Part shown: in pieces, positions 1 to 8,326 of the stretch
Position numbering within the stretch: the first letter of the stretch is position 1
Layout: each line of letters starts with the position of its first letter
NCBI GenBank assembly: GCA_963763775.1
Contig: CAVXPZ010000004.1
Span: forward strand, 480,001-544,000
DNA: 64,000 nucleotides
Origin: an uncultured Chloroflexia bacterium
Lineage (GTDB): Bacteria > Chloroflexota > Limnocylindria > Limnocylindrales > CSP1-4
Reading direction: 5' to 3'
Made by a program: the position numbers and the translations under genes
The notes under the pieces: generated by a model
The model's database searches: none
Seen by the model: only the letters and a program-made list of their open reading frames with translations
Told to the model about the DNA's origin: nothing

Positions 1-414
1 GTCCGGCTCGCCGATCCCGACGCGGAGCCGGCTGAACTTCTCCGTGCCGAGCTCCTCGATGATCGAGCGGAGGCCGTTGTGCCCGCCCGGCCCCCCACCT
101 TCGCGGAAGCGCAGCTTGCCGAACGGCAGCGTGAAGTCGTCCGCCACGACCAGGAGGTCGCCGAGCGGCGCGTGCTCGCGCGCCAGGACCTTCCGGACCG
201 CCCGCCCCGAGTCGTTCATGTAGGTGAGGGGCTTCACGAGCGTCAGGTCGAGGCCGCGGAACCGGCCCATGACGACGTTCGAGGCGTCGCGCTGACGGCC
301 CTTGCCGGTCCAGCCGGCCTGTTCGGCGAGACGGTCCATGACCAGCCAGCCGACGTTGTGGCGCGTGCCCGCATACGGCGTTCCCGGGTTCCCGAGCCCG
401 ACGACGACCTTCAC
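1..414 (-). CDS. pth: Peptidyl-tRNA hydrolase (3' end runs off the window)
   Basis: Manual translation from GTG at 414: MKVVVGLGNPGTPYAGTRHNVGW...KPLTYMNDSG...GGHNGLRSII, all Pth motifs; GGAGG RBS upstream. Confidence 0.95.
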   Translation of the reverse strand, partial: MKVVVGLGNPGTPYAGTRHNVGWLVMDRLAEQAGWTGKGRQRDASNVVMGRFRGLDLTLVKPLTYMNDSGRAVRKVLAREHAPLGDLLVVADDFTLPFGKLRFREGGGPGGHNGLRSIIEELGTEKFSRLRVGIGEPD

Positions 415-592
415 CGACCCTCCGAGGACAGCACGACAGGGCCCGATCCCGGCTCGGACGGACCGACGGGAGGGCCTCCCGGGATGGTACCAGCCCGCGC
501 GCTCTCGGCCGCCGGGGGCGCTCGATTCGCGGCCGGACGATCCCTCCTGAAGGGCCAGGGTCTGACGCAGCCAGCCCACCGGCCCGCAGATG

Positions 593-683
593 CGACGCTT
601 TCGTACTACGCTCTCGTACTACGCTCTCGTACGACGCTCTCGTACGACGCTTTCGCACAACGAAGTCGCACGACGAAATCGCA
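593..683. repeat. Tandem array of seven 13-bp units, consensus CNACG-NNN-TCGYA
   Basis: Units read directly: cgacgctttcgta, ctacgctctcgta x2, cgacgctctcgta, cgacgctttcgca, caacgaagtcgca, cgacgaaatcgca. Confidence 0.9.
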
Positions 684-748
684 TGACCGCGGCAGAGGGA
701 GCGGCAGCGCGGAGCTGCCGCCGCGAGATCAGGGCACCGGAGGCGATG

Positions 749-1216
749 ATGGCCACCCTCGGGGTTCCGACGATCCTGGGCTCGCTGCAACGGGCGACCA
801 ACACCTACGAGCAGCGCCTCGACGAACGGCTGATCGAGCTGGGACTCACGTCCCGTGAACTCCAGGTGATGCGATCGGCCTTCATCGAGGACGCGACGAT
901 CGCGCAGGTCCGCGCGGCGACGGGCATGCACCCGTCGACGCTGTCGAGTCTCGTCGCCCGCTTGATCCGTGCCGGCTACCTGCGGAAACGGCGTGGCGGC
1001 CCGGATGGCCGCCATCGAGTCATCGAGCTCACGATCCCCGGCGCCGAGGCCGCACGGATCGCCGAGGACATCCTCTTCGAACTCGAGGCGGCGATCCAAC
1101 GAGAGACCGACGATCGAGGCGGACTCGACGCCCTGACGTCGGTCGTCGACGCCATCTCGCGCCTGCCCATCGCGTCGACCGATCCCGCGGATGGACTACC
1201 CGAAACGACGGCATGA
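749..1216 (+). CDS. MarR-family winged-helix transcriptional regulator
   Basis: LGLTSRELQVM...STLSSLVARLIRAGYLRKRR..DGRHRVIELT.G pattern; GGAGG at 739-743; start uncertain. Confidence 0.85.
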   Translation: MATLGVPTILGSLQRATNTYEQRLDERLIELGLTSRELQVMRSAFIEDATIAQVRAATGMHPSTLSSLVARLIRAGYLRKRRGGPDGRHRVIELTIPGAEAARIAEDILFELEAAIQRETDDRGGLDALTSVVDAISRLPIASTDPADGLPETTA

Positions 1217-1229
1217 GCGGCGGCGGCGA

Positions 1230-1736
1230 TCAGGGATCGCCCACGGCCGGATCGCGGAGCAGGCGCCGTTCCATTGATCGCATCGCGGCCTCCTCGGCCG
1301 GCTCGGCATGGTCCATGCCCATGATGTGGAGCGTCCCATGGGTGACGAGCAGTCGCAGCTCGTCGGCCGGCGCCCAGCGGACGTCGCCCGTCTGGCCGCC
1401 GCGTCCGGCCTCGGCCTGCTCGACGGCCCGTTCCACGGAGACGACCATGTCGCCGAGGTGCGGCCGTCGGCCCGGCGGGAGCGGGAACGGATCGTCCGAC
1501 AACAGCGGGAACGAGAGGACGTCCGTCGGGCCGTCCTTCCCCATGTGCGTGGCGTTGAGGCCGGCCAGCTCGGCGTCGTCGCTGAGGATGAGACCGATCG
1601 AGGCCGGCTTGGGGGCATCGGCCGCGGCCAGCGCCGCGACGATCGCCCGTGCGAGGACGACGGTGGCGACCGGCGGGCGGACGCCGTCACGGACGTCGAC
1701 GTCGATCCGCCATGGCCCGAGGTAGATACTTCGCAC
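1230..1736 (-). CDS. ybeY: rRNA maturation endoribonuclease YbeY
   Basis: LN..HMGKDGPTDVLSFP, LGDMVVS, HGTLHIMGMDH (HxxxHxxxxxH). Confidence 0.92.
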   Translation of the reverse strand: MRSIYLGPWRIDVDVRDGVRPPVATVVLARAIVAALAAADAPKPASIGLILSDDAELAGLNATHMGKDGPTDVLSFPLLSDDPFPLPPGRRPHLGDMVVSVERAVEQAEAGRGGQTGDVRWAPADELRLLVTHGTLHIMGMDHAEPAEEAAMRSMERRLLRDPAVGDP

Positions 1737-1807
1737 GGCGACACGGTAGTCGAGTCGAGGGCGTGCAGGGTCGATGGACGCAGCGTCGCGACGATCCTGG
1801 CCTCGAG

Positions 1808-4002
1808 CTAGGAGGCGGTCCCGCCCCCGGTGCCGCCCGCCCGTCGCGCCGCCGCCGCCGGCCGCCGCGCGCCGCGACTCGAGCTCCACCACGGTGTTCT
1901 GCGGGTAGGCGATCCGCGTGTGGTACATGCCGAGCAACTGCTCGACGAAGGCCTCGCGGATCCGCTCGAGGTCGCGGAGCGTCAGGTCGCACTCGTCGAA
2001 CTGGGCATCCGAGGTGCGCTCCTCGATGATGCGGCTGACCATGCCGCGGATGGCCGGCTCGTCGCGCGACGCGAGGGATCGGACGGATGCCTCGACGCCG
2101 TCGGCGAGCATGATCAGCGCCGCCTCACGCGTCTGCGGCTTCGGCCCGGCATGGCGGAACACGCGTTCGTCGACCGCCGCGGCGGCCTTCGCGCCTTCGG
2201 CGCTGGTGAGCCCGCCGTACGCGGCGGCAGCCCGCTCCTTCGCCCGGGCGAAGAAGTAGCTCATGATCGCGGTCCCGTGGTGCTGCGGGATGTAGGCGAT
2301 CAGGGCCTTCGGCAGGCGGTTCTTGTACGCGAGGTCGATGCCGTCGACCACGTGCTGCTTGACGATCTGGGCGCTGACCTCGGGCTCGAGCTGGTCGTGG
2401 ATGTTCTCGCCGCCGGCCTGGTTCTCGATGAAGGCGAGCGGGTTCGCGAGCTTGCCGATGTCGTGGTAGTACGCCGCGACGCGCGTCACGAGCGGGTCCG
2501 CGCCGATGGCCTCGGCCGCGCGTTCGGCGAGGTTGCCGACCATCAGCGAGTGGTGGTAGGTGCCGGGCGTCTCGACGAGCAGCCGTCGCAGGAGCGGCTG
2601 TGACGGGTTCGCCAGCTCGAGGAGCTGGAAGACGGTCAGGATCCCGAAGACCGAGCCGAGGACGGCGAACGTCCCGACGGCCGCGATCCCGGACCCGGCC
2701 GCCGATGCGGCCGAGGCGAACCACAGCTCGACGATGCCCTGGATGTCCCTGCGCCCCGAGGAGCGAGAAGACCGTGACGACCGCGGCATTCACGACGAAG
2801 ACCGCGAACGCGGCCTGCACGAACACCTGCAGGCGGTCGCCGCGCCGGATGGTGATGATCCCGGCGAGCCCGCCGAGGAAGATGTAGGACGCGAATTCGA
2901 GCGAGCCGCCGTTCACGGCGCCGCCGATGATCGCGACCAACGCCATCACGACCGTCGCCAGCGAGGCATCGAGCAGGATCGCGAGCAGCATCCCGATGGC
3001 CGCCGTCGGGAGGAAGTACTGCAGGATCGACCGGCCGGCGGTGACCTTCAGGGCGACCGTGGCGCCCGCCACGAGGAGCCCGGTCAGCAGGAGCGCGTTG
3101 TCCCGGTGCCACAGACCCGGGCGGAACCGCCACAGCCAGCCGAGCAGGATCCCGACGATCAACGCGCCGAGGATCGCCCAGCCGACCAGGCTCGCGACAT
3201 CCGGTCCGCGGTCGCCGGTCAGCCCGATCGCGTCGATCTTCTCGATGTCCTCGGCGGTCAGGCGCTCGTTGGCCCGGACGATGGCCTCGCCCTGGAGGAT
3301 CTGGACCATCACCGGGGCGACGGCCTCGGCCGCCTTCGACTGCTCCTGCGCGGTGAGCGGTGCGCTGAACGACGAGTTGGGGACGACGAGCGGGTTGATG
3401 AGCTCCGCCGCGAGGGCCCGCTGGTCGGCGTCCAGGCCGCCCGCCATCAGGCCCGCCAGGCGCGTCCGCGTCTCCGCGACCTCGGTGTCGCGCAACTCGG
3501 CTCGAAGCAGCGCATCGAGGACGCGCGCGGACTCCGTGCGGATGATCGGCCAGTCGCCCGGCTTGACCGCCGCGAGCGTCGCCCGTGCGTCCTTCGACAG
3601 GTCCGGGATGGCGGTCTCGAGGAGCGACGCGCGCTCGGCCTCGGGCAGGTCGGCGGCGAACGTCGTATCGACGCGGGAGACGCGCTGCTCGAAGGCGAGC
3701 TGCTGCTCCTGGGCGATCGCGATCGCGTTGTCCGTCGTGAAGTCGTACTGCGGCGGGACCGCCTCGCGGGCGGTGGCCCGCGCGGCCTCGGTCTGCGCGG
3801 CGCTCTCGAATTCCGTGGTCTTGGTCGCGATGATGTCGCGCGGCGCGAGGTCGCCGGCGGCCAGCGACAGCGGCTGCTGCGGCAGGATGTCCGCCCCGAG
3901 CACCACCGTCAGGATGATCACGAGGATCGCCGCGGAGATCCCGAGGCGCGTGGCGTCGCGGCGCGTGAATCGGGCGATCGCGTCGACGCGCTGGGTCAGC
4001 AT
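1808..4002 (-). CDS. 7TM-HD phosphohydrolase (PgpH/YqfF-like c-di-AMP phosphodiesterase family); frameshifts near 2750 and 1830
   Basis: Extracellular 7TM-HDED region and TM helices in ORF 2125-4002; PGTYHHS, YYHDIGK, QHHGT, LADGVEA HD motifs in ORF 1230-2789; typical ybeY neighbour. Confidence 0.88.
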
Positions 4003-4005
4003 CGG

Positions 4006-4488
4006 TCAGTGCCCGCCGTCGCCGTCGTGCGCGGCCAGGTCCGCCTTCGCGAGGGCCGCTGCCACCATGCCGCTGACGACCTTGCCGTCGGCGCGCCCGC
4101 GGGTCCGCGGCGAGAGCCAGCCCATGACCTTGCCGAGGTCGCGCGCGGACGAGGCGCCCGTCGCGGCGATGCCCTCGTCCACGAGGGCGGCGATCTCCGC
4201 CTCGCTCATGGCCTCGGGCAGGTAGTCGCGGAGGATGGCGATCTCCGCCTCCTCCTTGGTCGCGAGGTCCTCGCGACCGGCCCCGCGGAACGCCTCGACG
4301 GATTCCCGGCGCGTCTTCACCTCACGGGTGAGCACGGTCAGGACCTCGTCGTCGGTCAGGGGCTTGCCCTGCCGCTTCTCGACGTTGTAGATGGCGTTGA
4401 CGGCCATCCGCAGCACGTCGCGGCGCAGGGCCTCACCGCCGCGCATGGCGGTGGCGATATCGGTCTGGATGCGATCTCGAAGGGACAC
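4006..4488 (-). CDS. GatB/YqeY domain protein
   Basis: SLRDRIQTDIATAMR...EVKTRRESVEAF..AGREDLA..EEAEIAILRDYLP...DLGKVMG...GRADGK; next to rpsU. Confidence 0.93.
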   Translation of the reverse strand: MSLRDRIQTDIATAMRGGEALRRDVLRMAVNAIYNVEKRQGKPLTDDEVLTVLTREVKTRRESVEAFRGAGREDLATKEEAEIAILRDYLPEAMSEAEIAALVDEGIAATGASSARDLGKVMGWLSPRTRGRADGKVVSGMVAAALAKADLAAHDGDGGH

Positions 4489-4586
4489 CGGTTCGGCAAC
4501 CTCGGGCGGCGGTCGGCCGATCACTCGGCCTGGTGCCGGGACGCCCGCGGGGGCGCAGGGTCGGTCGGGTGCGAGCGGATGCTCGC

Positions 4587-4772
4587 TCAGCCGGCCTGCG
4601 TTCGGGCGTTCTTCTTGCGCTTCGCTTCCTTGCGCTTCCGCTTCACCGACGGCTTCTCGTAGTGCTCGCGTCGGCGAGCCTCTGCGAGGATGCCGCTCTG
4701 CTGGATCTTCTTGTTGAAGCGACGCAGGGCGCTCTCGAACGTCTCGTTCTCTCCCACTCGGACTTCAGCCAA
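4587..4772 (-). CDS. rpsU: 30S ribosomal protein S21
   Basis: [15 protein letters not shown]...[18 protein letters not shown]. Confidence 0.97.
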   Translation of the reverse strand: MAEVRVGENETFESALRRFNKKIQQSGILAEARRREHYEKPSVKRKRKEAKRKKNARTQAG

Positions 4773-4900
4773 TCCCGGTTCACCTCCCCAGGCCTAGGGT
4801 CGTGTCTTCCGGCGTCGGGCTCGCGGCCAACCGGCCCGCACGCGTCCTGGACGGCTTCCCGCCAAGGGCCGCCGGAGCATAGCCGAGGCCCCCGAGGCGG

Positions 4901-5242
4901 TCAAACGGCCGGAAGGTGCTGTCCGAGGACGAAGATCCAGTAGGCATCCAGTCCAGCGACGACAGCCCAGAACCCGATGATGAGCGTCGGGCGCCGAAGG
5001 AAACACTTGCTCCACGACACGCCGAGCGTGATCGAGCGGGTGTACAGCACGATCGCGACGATCGCGACGACGAGCACGAAGACCGCCGGACCGACAAGCC
5101 AGGCGATCAGACCGATCGTACCCATCCGGCAGAAGGTGAACGCCAGCCGCTCGTACTTTTCGGGCCGACTCAGCGGAGGCCGGACGTAGGAGCCGGGCCC
5201 GACCGCGGGCGGCGCGAGGGAGTCACCGTGGATGCTCGTCAT
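4901..5242 (-). CDS. Small membrane protein (about 113 aa, two Cys), last gene of the radical SAM operon
   Basis: Start overlaps the rSAM stop (ATGA at 5242-5239); hydrophobic segments; FCRMGT and SKCFL. Confidence 0.75.
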   Translation of the reverse strand: MTSIHGDSLAPPAVGPGSYVRPPLSRPEKYERLAFTFCRMGTIGLIAWLVGPAVFVLVVAIVAIVLYTRSITLGVSWSKCFLRRPTLIIGFWAVVAGLDAYWIFVLGQHLPAV

Positions 5243-6825
5243 GGCACCGTCCTCAGCTCGCCTGACTCGAGTATGGGTGCCTGAGCAGCGGCGTCCAGAC
5301 TGACCAACCGGGCTGCGGGCACCATCCCTGCCGACGTTCGGCGACGCAGTTCCCCGAACACTTGCCTCGCGCAGAACGGGACCCGCACCGGGTTCGCTTC
5401 GCCGTCCGTCGACCCGACGTGGACACAGCATTGCTGCAGGCGCTCGACGTTCAGGGTCCATGGATCCATGAACGTCTTGATCGACACCCGCTTGACGCGC
5501 AGGGCGATCTCGTCGAGCGGCGCGCTCCCCCGGTTCGTGAGCCAGCGGCCAAGGCCCTTGATGAACCCCGACACCCCGAGGTCGCAGACCTCGCAGATGT
5601 CCAGGAGATAGTCGATGACCTCGCGCCGGCTGACCATCGCGGTCTCCGAGAGCAAGCCGGTCAGGGATTCCCAGAGCGCATCATCGGGCGCGAGGCGATT
5701 GCCGAACACGGCCATCCGCTGCTTCAGACGATCCCGTCCGATCAGTTGCACGATCGACCGATGACCTCCGTCATCGCCTCGGATGAAGTAGGTGAGCGAC
5801 GAGCAGTCCGGGTGGCTGCACGGCAGCGCGATGAAATCGTCCGGTCCGACCCGACCGTCGGTCTGCTCGCCGAGCCGGCGGATGGTGCCCGTCGTCGTCG
5901 CCCGTGCCATGGGATCGACCGGGTTGGCCCGCCCGGAGGTGAACATCGGCTGGATGGCGACCCCCGCGATGTAGTCGGTCGCGAAGGCATGGTCGACGAC
6001 GGCACCCACCTCGTCATCGTTGACCCCCTTGGCGACGGCCATCGCCAGCGTCGTGAAGATCCGCTCTCCCGTGAGCCGCCGGATCGCCTCTGCCTTCATG
6101 TCGCGAAGGTCCTCACCTCGATGGAACAGGTGGGTCTCCAGTCGAAAGCCGTCGAACTGGAGGTACACCTCGACGCGGTCCCGCAGGCGCGCGAGCTCCG
6201 CCAGGAACCGGTCGTCTCGAGCGATCCGGATCCCGTTGGTATTGAGGACCACGCGGGTGACCTTGCGCTCCGCGGCCGCGGGGAGGATCTCGACGATCTC
6301 CGGATGGACGGTCGGCTCGCCGCCCGACAGCATGAGGGCGTCGACCCGGCCACCCTCGCGCTCGATCGCCGTGTCGAGCGACCGCAGGATGTGCGGAAGT
6401 CGGGCATGACGATTGATCCCGGGACCACTGTCGGCGAAGCAGGTCGGGCAATGCAGATTGCAGTTCTGGGTCACGTCGAGCAGCAGGATGCAGCTGTGCT
6501 GGGTCTGGAGATCGCCGAGGCCGTCCAGGTAGCCCATCGGGATCGGCCTGACGTTGTCGGGGACGTCCGGCGTGATCTCGCGCGTCGGGATCCGCCAATC
6601 CTGGAGGTCCTCCCAGAGGTCGTGGTCCTCTTCGTACAGGCTCACCACCTCTCCGTGGCCCCGCTGGCAGTAGCGCCGCAGGTAGACCGCGCCGTCCATC
6701 GCCACGAGGTTGCCCTGGAGGATGTCGGTCTCGTAGTCGATCTCCCGATCGGGATCGTCGCTGAAGCACTGACCGCAGACGGTCAGCACCATTCGGAGCG
6801 GCAGATAGGGGCGAAGCTCCAGCAT
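5239..6825 (-). CDS. Radical SAM enzyme of the Tes/GDGT-MAS (MJ0619)-like family
   Basis: N-terminal CGQC...YCQRGHG; DVTQNCNLHCPTCFA (CxxxCxxC); SGGEPT; NTNG; VYLQFDG; PCSHPDC; C-terminal FMDPW..NVERLQQCCVH...VPFCAR. Confidence 0.85.
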   Translation of the reverse strand: MLELRPYLPLRMVLTVCGQCFSDDPDREIDYETDILQGNLVAMDGAVYLRRYCQRGHGEVVSLYEEDHDLWEDLQDWRIPTREITPDVPDNVRPIPMGYLDGLGDLQTQHSCILLLDVTQNCNLHCPTCFADSGPGINRHARLPHILRSLDTAIEREGGRVDALMLSGGEPTVHPEIVEILPAAAERKVTRVVLNTNGIRIARDDRFLAELARLRDRVEVYLQFDGFRLETHLFHRGEDLRDMKAEAIRRLTGERIFTTLAMAVAKGVNDDEVGAVVDHAFATDYIAGVAIQPMFTSGRANPVDPMARATTTGTIRRLGEQTDGRVGPDDFIALPCSHPDCSSLTYFIRGDDGGHRSIVQLIGRDRLKQRMAVFGNRLAPDDALWESLTGLLSETAMVSRREVIDYLLDICEVCDLGVSGFIKGLGRWLTNRGSAPLDEIALRVKRVSIKTFMDPWTLNVERLQQCCVHVGSTDGEANPVRVPFCARQVFGELRRRTSAGMVPAARLVSLDAAAQAPILESGELRTVP

Positions 6826-7367
6826 CAGGCGGACCCCATCCCCACGAAGGGGAGGCAGAGCCCCGTGATCGCGAGGAGCACGACGACCGGGACGACGAGC
6901 AAGATCGCCAGCGCGCGGCCAGCGCGCTCGGGGTCCGGATGGAGGGCCCGCAGGACCAGGGCCGAGATGCCGAGCCCGAGGAGGAGGGCGACCGTGAGCA
7001 CCCCCTGGGCCATCGGACCGGCGCCGTACGTGGTTGGACGACCCAGGTAGGCGAACGCGAATAGCACCCAGACGATGCCGTACGCACCCAGGATCGCCCA
7101 TCTCGCCCTCGATCTGATGGGCTTCATGGCATCGCGTTCATGCTCGCGGGCGGTGCGGAGGGCGAATGCCTCGCGGACCTCGTCAGCCGTGTATCCGCCG
7201 GCGATCGCCGCATGTTCGAGGGCGGCGTCGGTGAACTTCGATCGATTCACGGTCAACCAGGTGGCGAGCTGCTCCACCCTGGAGGCCCCTTGCCACCCGG
7301 TCGACGGGGAGACCGGCGTCGGATCCGGGTCGCTTGCTGCGGCGTCGCCTCGGCCGTTCTCAGTCAC
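6825..7367 (-). CDS. Membrane protein with three C-terminal TM helices ending in ...LLAITGLCLPF
   Basis: GTG start overlaps the lgt stop; its stop overlaps the rSAM ATG (TGATG). Confidence 0.75.
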   Translation of the reverse strand: MTENGRGDAAASDPDPTPVSPSTGWQGASRVEQLATWLTVNRSKFTDAALEHAAIAGGYTADEVREAFALRTAREHERDAMKPIRSRARWAILGAYGIVWVLFAFAYLGRPTTYGAGPMAQGVLTVALLLGLGISALVLRALHPDPERAGRALAILLVVPVVVLLAITGLCLPFVGMGSA

Positions 7368-8182
7368 GAGGTTCCCTCCATGTGGATGACGGGCGGCGGC
7401 GTGGGCACCCGGTAGGCGTCGCGTCGCACCTGGCGGATGAAATGGAGCACCAGGAGCGCGACCATGGGGATCAGGACCCATTGAGGCCCTGTCAAGCCAA
7501 GCGCCTGCGGTTCGTTCCCGCGAACGAACTCCACGAGAAATCGAAAGACCCCCGCAGCGACGAGGTACATCTTCACGGCATCGCCGGGGACGCTCACCTT
7601 GTCGCGATACCGCAGGATGACGGCGATCGCGATGAGATTGAACGCGATCTCGTACAGCATCGACGGATGCATCGGAACGTCGCACCCTGGGCAGCGAGCG
7701 AAGGCGGCTGCGGCGGCGGCATCGACGCTGATCCCCCAGGGCAGCCCCGTCGGCGTCCCGAGTGGGAGCTCCGAGAAGAAGCACCCGACCCGCCCGATCG
7801 CCGTCGCGACCGGGATCGCCAGCAGGTAGCAGTCGCCCGTGGAGCGCGTGTACCCGAAGGCGCGTTTCGTGAGGGCGATCGCCAGATACCCTCCCGCGAG
7901 CGCGCCCAGGATGCTCTTCCCGCTGTGCTCGATGACCTCGCTGAACGGGCGGTCGGCGAAGGCCGCATAGAGCTCGACGTGCTCCCACGACGTGATGACG
8001 CGCGCGCCGATCGCCCCACCGAGGACGGCGGCCAGGGAGATCCAGACGATCGGTCCGCCGAGCCATCCGCGGACCCGCAGTTCGCGGTAGTAGATCGCCA
8101 GGCCGACGGCCAGCGCGAGCACCGTGAACGCATCGTGCGTCATCAGGGTCAGGGGACCCAGCTGGAACAGGACCGGATGCAT
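7364..8182 (-). CDS. Prolipoprotein diacylglyceryl transferase (Lgt)-family paralog
   Basis: MHPVLFQLGP, IGARV, IGRVGCFF, GTPTGLPWGI, HPSMLYE, RFLVEFVR. Confidence 0.88.
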   Translation of the reverse strand: MHPVLFQLGPLTLMTHDAFTVLALAVGLAIYYRELRVRGWLGGPIVWISLAAVLGGAIGARVITSWEHVELYAAFADRPFSEVIEHSGKSILGALAGGYLAIALTKRAFGYTRSTGDCYLLAIPVATAIGRVGCFFSELPLGTPTGLPWGISVDAAAAAAFARCPGCDVPMHPSMLYEIAFNLIAIAVILRYRDKVSVPGDAVKMYLVAAGVFRFLVEFVRGNEPQALGLTGPQWVLIPMVALLVLHFIRQVRRDAYRVPTPPPVIHMEGTS

Positions 8183-8326
8183 CAGCGCCACTCCGCGACC
8201 GGTTCGTCGGAGGCTCGGGCTCCACGGATCCGAGGCCGTCCGTCTCGCACGGTACACGGTCGGGCAATGCCCGAGCGTCGCGCGGCCGACGTCTCGCTCC
8301 GCCCAAGGCGTAGGCTGGCGCACAGC

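Noticed and set aside
593-683. CRISPR array
   Set aside because: Units are 13 bp, contiguous, without unique spacers, and no cas genes are present
1230-2789. Apparent HD-domain/YbeY fusion
   Set aside because: An out-of-frame TAG at 1810-1808 and a separate GTG with an upstream TAnnnT at 1736 indicate two genes merged by an indel
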